IMG/VR virus record: IMGVR_UViG_3300011115_000879
Location: 64,001-128,000 of that record
Length of the DNA: 64,000 nucleotides
Origin: a virus
Direction: 5' to 3' (one strand)
A program made the translations under genes and the position numbers. Positions 48,169-57,638 of the stretch are shown piece after piece (position 1 is the first letter of the stretch; the number at the start of each line of letters is the position of its first letter). The notes under the pieces are model-generated. The model was not told the DNA's origin and searched no databases. It saw only the letters and a program-made list of their open reading frames with translations.

Positions 48169-49236
48169 ATGCAAAATAGTATTTCATTTAAAAAACCAAA
48201 CGACCTAAATGCTTACCAACTCATCAAAAGTGGTAGCACACTACAACTAAACTACTACTCAGCTAGTATTGTACCGGTATCTGGAGGAATTTTAAATATA
48301 AGCTCAAGTATAAATGTGACCGGAGGTATAACAGGATCATTATTTGGAACTGCAACTACAGCATCATATATTTTAAATGCAGTAAATGCTGGTAATGGAT
48401 TTCCATTTAGTGGAAGTGCCATTATTACAGGTAGTTTAGTTGTAAGTGGTAGTAGTGGTTTAACAGTATTAGGACCATCAGTTTTTAAAGCAACTGGATC
48501 AGGTGTAAAAGTATTTTCCCTACAATCATCTGATTATATTGCTGGTTCAGCAGGAACTTCTCTAGAAATAGATGCACCTTCTGGGAGTCCTTCTACTTCT
48601 ACTATAACAGTTAAACAAGCAGGTGGGAATGTTGCTGCAAACTTAACTTTATCAACAAGTACTAATTTAATATTACCAAATAGTTCATTAGCTATAGGTA
48701 AAACATCACCATCTACTACATTAGATGTATTAGGTACTACCAACCTTTCAGGTTCATTATCTGTAAAAGGAACCGCAGCTATAACAGGCTCATTATCAGT
48801 AAGCGGCTCAACAACTATTAGAGGGTTAGGTAGTAATGATTTTACAATATTAGCACCTGACTTTGTTGGAAGTTCTACCGGAACAGAAATATTAATTACT
48901 GCCCCTGCCTCAAACGCCTCTGCTACATTAAGTGTTAGAACCGGTGGAGGGCCAGGCGGTGGAAATTTAACAATATCATCAGGAACTACTATAATAGGAT
49001 CATTTAGCGGATCTTTAGTAGGTACTGCATCAACAGCGTCATTTGTAACAGGATCTGTATTTAACAGTGCTAATCTAGCATTAAGTGCATCGTATGCTTT
49101 AACAGCATCCTACATACTACAGGCAGTAAGTGCTTCATTCGCAACAACAGCTTCATTCGCTTTAAATGCAGGAACAGCAGGTATTTCACAAGGTAAAGTA
49201 GTAGCAATAGCAACAGGATATTCAAATTTATTTTAA
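48169..49236 (+). CDS. Fibre protein
   Basis: Shares GFPFSGSAxITGSL and IGKTxPxxxLDVLGxTNLSGSL modules with 42712..44574. Confidence 0.65.
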   Translation: MQNSISFKKPNDLNAYQLIKSGSTLQLNYYSASIVPVSGGILNISSSINVTGGITGSLFGTATTASYILNAVNAGNGFPFSGSAIITGSLVVSGSSGLTVLGPSVFKATGSGVKVFSLQSSDYIAGSAGTSLEIDAPSGSPSTSTITVKQAGGNVAANLTLSTSTNLILPNSSLAIGKTSPSTTLDVLGTTNLSGSLSVKGTAAITGSLSVSGSTTIRGLGSNDFTILAPDFVGSSTGTEILITAPASNASATLSVRTGGGPGGGNLTISSGTTIIGSFSGSLVGTASTASFVTGSVFNSANLALSASYALTASYILQAVSASFATTASFALNAGTAGISQGKVVAIATGYSNLF

Positions 49237-49248
49237 AATATATAAACA

Positions 49249-49680
49249 ATGGCCGTAAACACAAACCCAATTTATTCCGGTACTGGACAAATAGGATTTA
49301 CCACAGTTTTAACAGCAGCAAACGCATCTTATGATGCAACTGCAGCAAATGCAGTAACATTAATTAATGCTAGTGTATCAGGTAGTTTCATACAAAGAAT
49401 CAGATTTAAAGCATCAGGCTCAGCAACAGCAACAGTAGCACGTGTATTTCTTAATAATGCTGGTGGTGTAACAAGTAGCGCAGCAAGTAGTGTATTATTT
49501 GATGAAATTACATTAGCAGCAACTACAGCAACACAAACAGCAGCAACCGCAGTATATGAACTACCAATGAATATAGCTTTACCATCAGGAAGTGCTATTG
49601 TAGTAGCAATTGCTACTGCCCAAGCTGGAGGTGGTGGATGGTATGCATCTGCTATAGGTGGTTCTTATGTTCCTCAATAA
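49249..49680 (+). CDS. Small Ala/Thr-rich fibre-tip/adaptor protein
   Basis: 143 aa, beta-rich, between the fibre and the glycine-rich genes. Confidence 0.45.
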   Translation: MAVNTNPIYSGTGQIGFTTVLTAANASYDATAANAVTLINASVSGSFIQRIRFKASGSATATVARVFLNNAGGVTSSAASSVLFDEITLAATTATQTAATAVYELPMNIALPSGSAIVVAIATAQAGGGGWYASAIGGSYVPQ

Positions 49681-49695
49681 TAAAATTATAATAAT

Positions 49696-49872
49696 ATGAG
49701 ATATATGCTAATACAGGATGATGCAAATCCTGAAGTACAAATGTATTACGTAATGGAAGATGGTATAAATCAACTAATAAAAGTAGTTGATATGAATTGC
49801 AATGAATGCGGAGCCCCCGCAGCGCATTCTGTTATAGATAATAATCCACCATTACCCCCTTGCGCTGAATAA
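49696..49872 (+). CDS. Small acidic protein (58 aa, absent from ORF track)
   Basis: MRYMLIQDDANPEVQMYYVMEDG...CNECG...PPCAE; fills the gap in the fibre cassette. Confidence 0.55.
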   Translation: MRYMLIQDDANPEVQMYYVMEDGINQLIKVVDMNCNECGAPAAHSVIDNNPPLPPCAE

Positions 49873-49884
49873 TAATTCTAAGTT

Positions 49885-50805
49885 ATGTTAGATCTCTTTA
49901 ATATACCGTCTAATACAGATAGTACTAAAATATTTTATGTTCAAGGAGCAACAACTTGGCAAACATGGGTAAAACCACGTAATGCCAAGTTTATACAAAT
50001 TGTTTGTATAGGTGGTGGTGGTGGAGGAGGCGGTGGAAGAGGAGCAAATGGAACCGCTACAGTTAGAGGTGGTGGTGGTGGGGGTGCTAGTGGTGGTATT
50101 ACACAAGGTCTATACCCAGCATTCCTACTACCAGACACTTTATATGTACAACCAGGAATAGGAGGAGCAGGTGGACCCGGAGGTAATCTAGTAGGAGGAA
50201 CAGCGGGTACAGCAGGAAGTACTAGTATAGTAACCTTACTTCCAACATCATCTGCTATAAGTAACATATGCATTGCTGCTGGAGGTAATGGAGGTGGTGC
50301 TGGTGCTACAGGAAATGCTGCAGGGGGAACTTCAACAGCCGCACAAACAGTAACAAATGCTCTTTTTTTAACACATGCTATCTTTACATCTTATGCTACA
50401 GTAGCAGGTAGTCAAGGAGCAGGTGTAGCCGGCGGCGCACCAGGAGCAGGCCAAACAGCATTAAATACAGCAATAATAACTGGAGGAGGAGGAGGAGGAA
50501 CAGCAACCGCTGGACCTGGAGGATCAATACTACCAGCTTCGGTAATACTATTATCTGTTGTTAGTGGCTCACCAGCACAAACTTCACCTAGTGTTAGTAT
50601 ACCTGCAGATAGTGGATACGGCTCTTTAACACCATTCTGCGGAACTGGAGGAGGTGGAGGTGGAGGAAACAATGCATTTACCGGAAGTGCAGGTGGAAGT
50701 GGATATTACGGGTGTGGTGGAGGTGGAGCCGGAGGAGGACAAAACGTTGGTGGAAGAGGCGGAAAAGGCGGAGACGGTTTAGTAATAATAACAACAATAA
50801 CATAA
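49885..50805 (+). CDS. Glycine-rich adhesin-like protein, paralogue 1
   Basis: MLD...TWVKPR...CIGGGGG...LPDTLYV...GGKGGDGLVIITT. Confidence 0.7.
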   Translation: MLDLFNIPSNTDSTKIFYVQGATTWQTWVKPRNAKFIQIVCIGGGGGGGGGRGANGTATVRGGGGGGASGGITQGLYPAFLLPDTLYVQPGIGGAGGPGGNLVGGTAGTAGSTSIVTLLPTSSAISNICIAAGGNGGGAGATGNAAGGTSTAAQTVTNALFLTHAIFTSYATVAGSQGAGVAGGAPGAGQTALNTAIITGGGGGGTATAGPGGSILPASVILLSVVSGSPAQTSPSVSIPADSGYGSLTPFCGTGGGGGGGNNAFTGSAGGSGYYGCGGGGAGGGQNVGGRGGKGGDGLVIITTIT

Positions 50806-51668
50806 TGTTAGATTTAGGATATTTTCAAAATAGCGGAAATGTAAATACACAAACATTTACAAACGCAGGCTCTTGGGTAACATGGCTTAAACCAAGAGGT
50901 GCTAAGTTTGTAAATATATTTTGTATTGGTGCCGGATCCGGTGGTGGTGGAGGATTTTTAACAGGATCTGGAGCTAAATCAGGTGGTCAAGGTGGTTCAA
51001 CTGGTGGTTATGTAAGATTACAATTACAAGCATCGATCCTACCAGATCTACTATACGTACAAACTGGAGTAGGTGGAACAGGAGGAACAGGAGGAAACCC
51101 ATCAACTGCCGGAGGTAACGCAACAAAATCATATGTTTGTTTAATACCAGACACATCAAGTGCTTCTAATATAGTTTGCACATCAGGTAACGTAGTCGCA
51201 ACAGGAGGAGTAGGAGGATCAACTATAACAGCAACGGGGGGTGTAGCAGAATCAATAGCTACAACAGCTAATATGGTATTTGCGAATTTAGGAACTTTCT
51301 TAGCAAGCCCGGGTGCTGGTGGACAAGCAGGAGGATTGACAACCGGTGGTAATGTTGGTACGAGTACCTTCCTAATAGCAGGTTCGGGAGGAGGAGGAAC
51401 AACTACGGGTGGTACGATGGTAGCGAATGGCCCCTTTCCTGGACTTCTAACTACAGCTGCTAATGCAAGTGGAGCAAATGGAATAACATTATATAAACCA
51501 ATTTTATTATTCTCAGGAGGCATGGGCGCTGGAGGCGGTACAAATGGAGGTAAAGGCGGTGATGGAGCGCAATGTTGCGGTGGTGGAGGTGGAGGAGCAG
51601 GCACCGCATCAGCAGGTAACGGAGGTAAAGGTGGAGATGGATTAATAATAATAACAACAAGTTTTTAA
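50805..51668 (+). CDS. Glycine-rich adhesin-like protein, paralogue 2
   Basis: True start MLDLG at 50805 (TAATG overlap); same framework motifs as paralogue 1. Confidence 0.7.
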   Translation: MLDLGYFQNSGNVNTQTFTNAGSWVTWLKPRGAKFVNIFCIGAGSGGGGGFLTGSGAKSGGQGGSTGGYVRLQLQASILPDLLYVQTGVGGTGGTGGNPSTAGGNATKSYVCLIPDTSSASNIVCTSGNVVATGGVGGSTITATGGVAESIATTANMVFANLGTFLASPGAGGQAGGLTTGGNVGTSTFLIAGSGGGGTTTGGTMVANGPFPGLLTTAANASGANGITLYKPILLFSGGMGAGGGTNGGKGGDGAQCCGGGGGGAGTASAGNGGKGGDGLIIITTSF

Positions 51669-51672
51669 AAAT

Positions 51673-52515
51673 ATGTTAGATGTATTTAATATACCGGGAC
51701 AGCAAGATAACGTAAAGATATTTTATGTTCAAAGAAGTTCCAATTCATGGCAAACATGGCAAAAACCAAGAAACTGTAAGTTTATTTGGATGATGTGTAT
51801 TGGTGGTGGAGCTGGAGGTAATGGAGGAGCTAGCAATGCGGTTGCTGGTGGATCTAATGGTGGAGGCTCAGGAGGAGTAGTAAGAGCACTATTCCCAGCA
51901 AATATACTACCAGATACCTTATATATACAACCTGGATTAGGAGGAGTAGGAGGTAGTGCTGGGTCAGGTACTGGTGGTGATGGAGCAAAAAGTTATGTAA
52001 CAATAACCTCAAGTACAGCATCAATAATGAATATAGTTTGTACATCGGGGGCGGTAGCAGCTACCGGCCTTACTGGTGAAACAATAGCTACAACAGCAAA
52101 TGCCGGATTATTAAGTTTAGGAAATTTTATAGCAATAGCTGGGCAATCATATGCTTTTGCACCTGTGACTCCACTAACATTAACCTTTGTTAGTGCGGGA
52201 TCAAATGGAGGTAATTCAACCTCCTCTCCTCCTAATGATGGAGGATCAATACTTGCTACAAACATATCACCCGTAATACTCGGAGGTGCTTCAAATACTA
52301 TGGTAGGAGGTAGCGGAATTGTATCTTGGAAACCATTTTATTGTCTTGGAGGAGCCGGAGGGTGGGGTAGTAACTCTGTTGACGCCGGGATTGGTACTAA
52401 TGGAGGTAATGGGGCTTTTGGTTGCGGTGGGGGTGGTGGAGGTTCATCTACTTCTAGTACGGGTGGTGTTGGTGGAAATGGAGGTAATGGTTTAGTATTT
52501 ATAGCAACTTTCTAA
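51673..52515 (+). CDS. Glycine-rich adhesin-like protein, paralogue 3
   Basis: MLDVFNIP...TWQKPR...CIGGGAGG...LPDTLYI...GGNGGNGLVFIATF. Confidence 0.7.
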   Translation: MLDVFNIPGQQDNVKIFYVQRSSNSWQTWQKPRNCKFIWMMCIGGGAGGNGGASNAVAGGSNGGGSGGVVRALFPANILPDTLYIQPGLGGVGGSAGSGTGGDGAKSYVTITSSTASIMNIVCTSGAVAATGLTGETIATTANAGLLSLGNFIAIAGQSYAFAPVTPLTLTFVSAGSNGGNSTSSPPNDGGSILATNISPVILGGASNTMVGGSGIVSWKPFYCLGGAGGWGSNSVDAGIGTNGGNGAFGCGGGGGGSSTSSTGGVGGNGGNGLVFIATF

Positions 52516-52536
52516 TATTTATATAAAACAACAATA

Positions 52537-52929
52537 ATGAACATCAACGACGTAACTTACGATTGGAACTTTAACCCATTTGAAGCATACCCACAATATG
52601 CAGAACAAACAGATGTTGTATTTACAATACATTGGCAATTATATGCATCAACTGGATCTTATAGCTCAAAAGCAATTGGTACAATAGGTGTACAATATAA
52701 TGAAGGACAACCATTTACTCCTTTCAATGAATTAACTAAAGAAACAGTACAAGCTTGGGTAGAAGGAGCTATGAACAAACAAAGTGAAGGATCAGTAGAT
52801 ACTCTTAAAGCTAATCTTGCTCAACAAATCCAAGATCAGATAACTCCATCAATAGTTGTACTGACAGCACCTTGGAATGTCGCTCCAGTAGTAGAAGAAA
52901 CACCAGTAGAAGAAGACTATAGTATATAA
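52537..52929 (+). CDS. Fibre-associated small protein (possible chaperone/accessory)
   Basis: VVFTIHW...FTPFNELTKETVQAWV pattern; located at the end of the fibre cassette. Confidence 0.45.
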   Translation: MNINDVTYDWNFNPFEAYPQYAEQTDVVFTIHWQLYASTGSYSSKAIGTIGVQYNEGQPFTPFNELTKETVQAWVEGAMNKQSEGSVDTLKANLAQQIQDQITPSIVVLTAPWNVAPVVEETPVEEDYSI

Positions 52930-52990
52930 AAAATTTGGTTGGCTTTATTTTCTTGTATATATTTATATCAAACAAATAAAACAATCATTT

Positions 52991-53248
52991 ATGTTAATTA
53001 TTATTTTAGTCGCTGTTCTAGTAATAGGCGCAATTGCTGGTAACATTTACACTATTAAAAAAGATCGTAAAGATAAGGTAGATCCAATTACACAACATGT
53101 AAAGGAACTAGCACCAGAATCAACACCAGCTCCATCTGCGGTTGAAGCTATTAAAACTAAAACAACACCAAAGTCAAAAGCACCAAAAAACGCTCCAAAA
53201 CAAAAGCCATTGGCTAAGATGGAAGCAAAACCAAAAGCTAAAAAATAA
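52991..53248 (+). CDS. Small membrane-anchored basic protein
   Basis: N-terminal hydrophobic helix; K/P/A-rich tail. Confidence 0.55.
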   Translation: MLIIILVAVLVIGAIAGNIYTIKKDRKDKVDPITQHVKELAPESTPAPSAVEAIKTKTTPKSKAPKNAPKQKPLAKMEAKPKAKK

Positions 53249-53481
53249 TGCTTAAGATAGTAGAAATAGCTAAGGCGTGGATCGCATCAGAAAATCCAAC
53301 ACCAGAGCAAAAAGCTATAGCAGAATATAGAGCCGCTACATGCGACGAATGCCCTCATAAATCATACTCAAAAGCATTTGATGTTTATACTTGTGGTTTA
53401 TGTGGATGTCCATTAGCACGTAAAATATTTAGCCCTAAACCAGGACAAGAAGCATGTCCAGATCATAGATGGAAACAATAA
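53248..53481 (+). CDS. Small Cys-rich metal-binding protein
   Basis: CDEC...CGLCGC...CP..RW. Confidence 0.55.
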   Translation: MLKIVEIAKAWIASENPTPEQKAIAEYRAATCDECPHKSYSKAFDVYTCGLCGCPLARKIFSPKPGQEACPDHRWKQ

Positions 53482-53500
53482 AAACAATAAAATAAAGACT

Positions 53501-53776
53501 ATGTCAGAATCAGTAAAAAAACTTACAGAAGAAGAATTACAAAGCATTAAAGAACTACAAACACAATACAATAAATTTGTATTTGAATTAGGTAGTATCG
53601 AAGCACAATTGCAGGGTTTACTAGCTCAAAAAACACTAATCGAAGAAGAGAAAGCAAACATCATTCTTGATCTTAAAAAATTAGGTGATAGAGAGAAAGA
53701 AGTAGTAACAACACTACAAGAAAAATATGGTGTAGGAAATATTAATCCTGAAACAGGCGAAATAACAGCATTCTAA
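53501..53776 (+). CDS. Small coiled-coil protein
   Basis: Heptad helix ending KYGVGNINPETG. Confidence 0.55.
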   Translation: MSESVKKLTEEELQSIKELQTQYNKFVFELGSIEAQLQGLLAQKTLIEEEKANIILDLKKLGDREKEVVTTLQEKYGVGNINPETGEITAF

Positions 53777-53872
53777 ACAAACAAACAGATAACTTCTGCG
53801 TTTTGTATATCTTTGTAAATATTTATTGCTAGGTCAATCCTAAATAATAAATCTAAAAAACAATTATACAAA

Positions 53873-55966
53873 ATGGCAGAAATTATCATGTCCCCTGGTG
53901 TATTCCAGATTGAATCGGACCAAAGCCTGTATACAACAGCACCAGCTGCTCTTGGAGCGGCTATTGTTGGTCCTACAGTAAAAGGTCGTCCATATGTCCC
54001 AACATATGTTAATACGTACAGTCAGTACTTATCACTATTCGGTGATATTTTTAAGAGTGGTAGCTACTACTACGAATATTTCACATCACAGGCTGCAAAA
54101 GAATATTTTGCAAATGGTGGTCAATCATTATTAGTAACTAGAATTATTAGTGGTTCAGCTAATGTTAGTACTTATGCTCAATCTATTGTAGCACAAACTG
54201 GTACCAACGCAACAGGTAGTATAAATATTGCTACTGGTATTACAGACGGGACATCATTTTCAATAAGTGGTTCTGCTGATGGAACTAGTGTAAGTTCCTA
54301 TTTATTATTAGTAACATCAAGTACAGCTATATTCTCATCACCAACATATTCTATTTCTTCTGGGTCTACATTAGCTACTACTGTTACAAATATAGTATCT
54401 ACAATTAATTCATTATATTCTACATTCCATATTAATGCTGCCGTATCCGCTTCAACAGGTATAGCACTTACAGCTAGTTTAAGTCAATTTGGATGGGAAG
54501 ATCAAGGAAATTCATTTAAATTTGTATCTGGTAGTACCACAATTAATTTAGCAGGTGGGCTTACAGGTAGTCCATCATTTACACTTGAAGCATTAGCTTG
54601 GGGTGATCAAATGAATAACGCTTCTACATCATCTGTAAACGGTGCTTTGACAAGTGGTTCTCAATATAATGTTCGTTGGGAAGTAGTAAATTCAAATACC
54701 GGCTCAAATGGTGGTACATTTACAATTATAGTACGTCGTGGTGATGATAATGATTCTCAAAAGAATATATTAGAAACATGGGCTAACGTAAGTTTAGATC
54801 CACAACTACCTAACTATATATCTCGCGTTATTGGTGATTTAAAACCAGTATATGTAGCAGCAACAGCAACAGATTCAGCTTATATTAATTATACAGGAAC
54901 TTATCCAAATGCATCACAATATGTTCGTGTAGCATCTGTAGGTACTCCAAACGTAGATTCAATTGATAATAACGGTAATTTCAAAACTGGTTCTTACGCT
55001 AGCACAATACCATTCCCGGGTGATGGTAGAAACAATGGTGGATTTGATAGTGGTAAAGTAGATACATTATCTCAAAAATTAATGAATGAGAATACTACAA
55101 TAACAAACATTCAAGGATTTGCACCAGCTGATTACAATACAGCATTTACCTTATTATCGAATAGAGACGAATATCAATTTAATGTATTAATGGCACCAGG
55201 AGTTGGATTAGATTGTTCTGCAGCTACAAATATGATTGCTTGTGTTGAAGGTAGAGGTGATGCAATTGCACTCACAAGTGCTGGTAAATATGGTACATCA
55301 ATTACAGCAGCTACCACAGCAGCAGCTGGTCAATCAAGTAACTACGCCGCAACTTATTATCCATGGATCCAATTATATTCAGCTGGATTAGGTAAAGTTG
55401 TATGGTGTCCTCCAACTACAGTAATGGGTGGTGTATTAGCCTTCAACGACCAAGTAGGAGCTGAATGGTTTGCACCAGCTGGTCTTAACAGAGGTGGTGT
55501 TCCATCAGTAGTAAGAGCAGAACGCAGATTACAACAAACAGATAGAGATACATTATATAGCGGAAACGTAAACCCATTAGCAACATTCCCAGGAACTGGA
55601 GTTTGTGTTTGGGGTCAGAAAACACTACAACGTAAACCAACATCATTAGATCGCGTAAATGTTCGTCGTTTATTGATTGCCTTAAAAGGATATATTGGTG
55701 GTGTTTCACGTAATTTGGTATTTGAACAAAATACAACAGTAACAAGAAATTCATTCTTAGCTAGAGTTAATCCATACTTAGAATCAGTAGTACAACGTCA
55801 AGGTTTGTATGCTTATAAAGTAGTAATGGATGAAACAAACAACACAGCTGATGTTGTAGATCGTAACCAATTAGTAGGTCAGATCTATATTCAACCAACT
55901 AAAACTGCCGAATTTATTATCTTGAACTTTAACATCCTTCCAACTGGCGCTACATTCCCTGCATAG
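53873..55966 (+). CDS. gp18: Tail sheath protein (T4 gp18-like)
   Basis: SPGV at the N-terminus, WFAPAGLNRG, WGQKTL, DRVNVRRL, VFEQN, IQPTKTAEFI. Confidence 0.95.
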   Translation: MAEIIMSPGVFQIESDQSLYTTAPAALGAAIVGPTVKGRPYVPTYVNTYSQYLSLFGDIFKSGSYYYEYFTSQAAKEYFANGGQSLLVTRIISGSANVSTYAQSIVAQTGTNATGSINIATGITDGTSFSISGSADGTSVSSYLLLVTSSTAIFSSPTYSISSGSTLATTVTNIVSTINSLYSTFHINAAVSASTGIALTASLSQFGWEDQGNSFKFVSGSTTINLAGGLTGSPSFTLEALAWGDQMNNASTSSVNGALTSGSQYNVRWEVVNSNTGSNGGTFTIIVRRGDDNDSQKNILETWANVSLDPQLPNYISRVIGDLKPVYVAATATDSAYINYTGTYPNASQYVRVASVGTPNVDSIDNNGNFKTGSYASTIPFPGDGRNNGGFDSGKVDTLSQKLMNENTTITNIQGFAPADYNTAFTLLSNRDEYQFNVLMAPGVGLDCSAATNMIACVEGRGDAIALTSAGKYGTSITAATTAAAGQSSNYAATYYPWIQLYSAGLGKVVWCPPTTVMGGVLAFNDQVGAEWFAPAGLNRGGVPSVVRAERRLQQTDRDTLYSGNVNPLATFPGTGVCVWGQKTLQRKPTSLDRVNVRRLLIALKGYIGGVSRNLVFEQNTTVTRNSFLARVNPYLESVVQRQGLYAYKVVMDETNNTADVVDRNQLVGQIYIQPTKTAEFIILNFNILPTGATFPA

Positions 55967-56015
55967 GGGATGTAGTTGCTTAATATTTATTAACAGCAAT
56001 AAAATATAACATAAA

Positions 56016-56501
56016 ATGGCAGTAATTAATCCTAATGAAATAATGTTTACAGCTTTTGAACCACAAGTTCAAAATAGGTTCATTATGTATATAGATGGTA
56101 TCCCAGCTTACCTAATCAAGAAAGCCAGTGCCCCTGGATTTGATGCTGGTGAAGTAATATTAGATCACATTAACGTTTACCGTAAAGTAAAGGGTAAAGT
56201 TAAATGGAATGATATGACTTTAGAATTATATAACCCTGTAACCCCAAGTGGTGCACAATCCGTAATGGAATGGGCTCGTTTGGCTCACGAATCTGTAACA
56301 GGACGTGATGGTTACTCTGATTTTTACAAGAAAGACGTTACATTGAACGTTTTAGGACCAGTAGGTGATATCGTTGGAGAATGGATCGTTAAAGGCGCTT
56401 ACGTTAAGTCAGCTACTTTTGGTGATTTTGATTGGAGTTCAGAAGCTGCTGCTACAATTAGTGTAACATTAGCTATGGACTATTGTGTATTAAACTTCTA
56501 A
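56016..56501 (+). CDS. gp19: Tail tube protein (T4 gp19-like)
   Basis: 161 aa directly after the sheath; GKVKWNDMTL, YKKD, W..KGAY, DW...VTLAMD. Confidence 0.88.
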   Translation: MAVINPNEIMFTAFEPQVQNRFIMYIDGIPAYLIKKASAPGFDAGEVILDHINVYRKVKGKVKWNDMTLELYNPVTPSGAQSVMEWARLAHESVTGRDGYSDFYKKDVTLNVLGPVGDIVGEWIVKGAYVKSATFGDFDWSSEAAATISVTLAMDYCVLNF

Positions 56502-56524
56502 GGAAAAACCATCAACATAAAAGA

Positions 56525-56559
56525 AGAGCATTTGCCTATTTGGTAAGTGCTCTCTTTCT
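56525..56559 (+). terminator. Intrinsic terminator
   Basis: AGAGCATTTGCC-TATTT-GGTAAGTGCTCT followed by CTTTCT. Confidence 0.7.
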
Positions 56560-56595
56560 GCATATATTTATATACGAACAAAATAAAAACGTTAC

Positions 56596-57354
56596 ATGGC
56601 AGAATTAAAATTACCAACAGAAATCGTTACATTACCATCAAAAGGTTTATTGTATCCTAAAGAATCCCCACTTTCCAAAGGCGAAATTGAAATGAAGTAC
56701 ATGACAGCAAAAGAAGAAGATATTCTTACTAACGCTAACTTCATCCGCCAAGGCACAGTAATAGATAAACTATTACAAGCGTTAATCGTTACTAAAATCA
56801 ACTATGATGAATTATTAATAGGCGATAAAAACGCAATATTAATAGCAGCTCGCGTACTTGGATATGGTGCTGATTATTCGTTTAAATATACCGATGAACG
56901 CGGACAAGAGGTAGAAGCAAGTGTTGATCTATCATCATTAGAAGAAAAAAAAATAGACGAATCACTATTTAAAGCAGGTATAAATGAATTTACATTCAAC
57001 TTACCTAAATCAGGAAATGTAGTTACATTTCGATTACTAACTCATGGTGAGGAAAAAAAGATTGAGCAAGAAATTAAAGGATTGAAAAAAGTAAATCCAA
57101 ATAGCTCATCAGATATTACAACACGTATGAAATATGTAATTACTTCTATTAATGGTGATCGTGAAATTAAATCTATACGTGAATTTGTAGATAATTTTTT
57201 ACTAGCACCTGATGCCAGAGCATTACGTGAATATTATGCAGAGGTACAACCTGATATTAATCTTAAATTTATGCCTGAGGATGAAAATTATACAGGGGGG
57301 GGTATAGCGATTCCAATTTCGCTTAACTTTTTTTGGCCTGACGCCAGCCTATAG
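56596..57354 (+). CDS. Tail assembly chaperone / baseplate hub assembly protein (T4 gp26-like)
   Basis: LPSKG, MTAKEEDIL, L.IGD...ILIAAR..GYG, ends NFFWP; lies between tube and tape measure. Confidence 0.75.
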   Translation: MAELKLPTEIVTLPSKGLLYPKESPLSKGEIEMKYMTAKEEDILTNANFIRQGTVIDKLLQALIVTKINYDELLIGDKNAILIAARVLGYGADYSFKYTDERGQEVEASVDLSSLEEKKIDESLFKAGINEFTFNLPKSGNVVTFRLLTHGEEKKIEQEIKGLKKVNPNSSSDITTRMKYVITSINGDREIKSIREFVDNFLLAPDARALREYYAEVQPDINLKFMPEDENYTGGGIAIPISLNFFWPDASL

Positions 57355-57604
57355 ACCACATTTATTTAAACAAATTCATGAAATAGTATTTCATGGTGGT
57401 GGAGGATATGATTGGGATACTGTTTATAATATGCCTTTATGGTTAAGAAGAACTACATTTAATTTATTAAATGAACATTTTACTAAGCAAAATGAAGAAG
57501 CTGAAAAGCAACAAAATATGCTTAAAAACAAATCTAGTAAAGAAATATCACGTCCAAACATAGCACCATCTCCAACATATACATCAAAGGCCCCACGAAA
57601 GTGA
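57329..57604 (+). CDS. Frameshift extension of the tail chaperone (T4 gp51-like segment)
   Basis: The +1 frame reads FFGLTPAYRPHLFKQIHEIVFHGGGGYDWDTVYNMPLWLR... to TGA 57602. It is closed upstream by TAG at 57305 and has no ATG before the conserved-looking part; T7 run at 57328-57334. Confidence 0.7.
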   Translation, partial: FFGLTPAYRPHLFKQIHEIVFHGGGGYDWDTVYNMPLWLRRTTFNLLNEHFTKQNEEAEKQQNMLKNKSSKEISRPNIAPSPTYTSKAPRK

Positions 57605-57638
57605 GGCCTTTAATATTTATACTATATACTAATATAAT

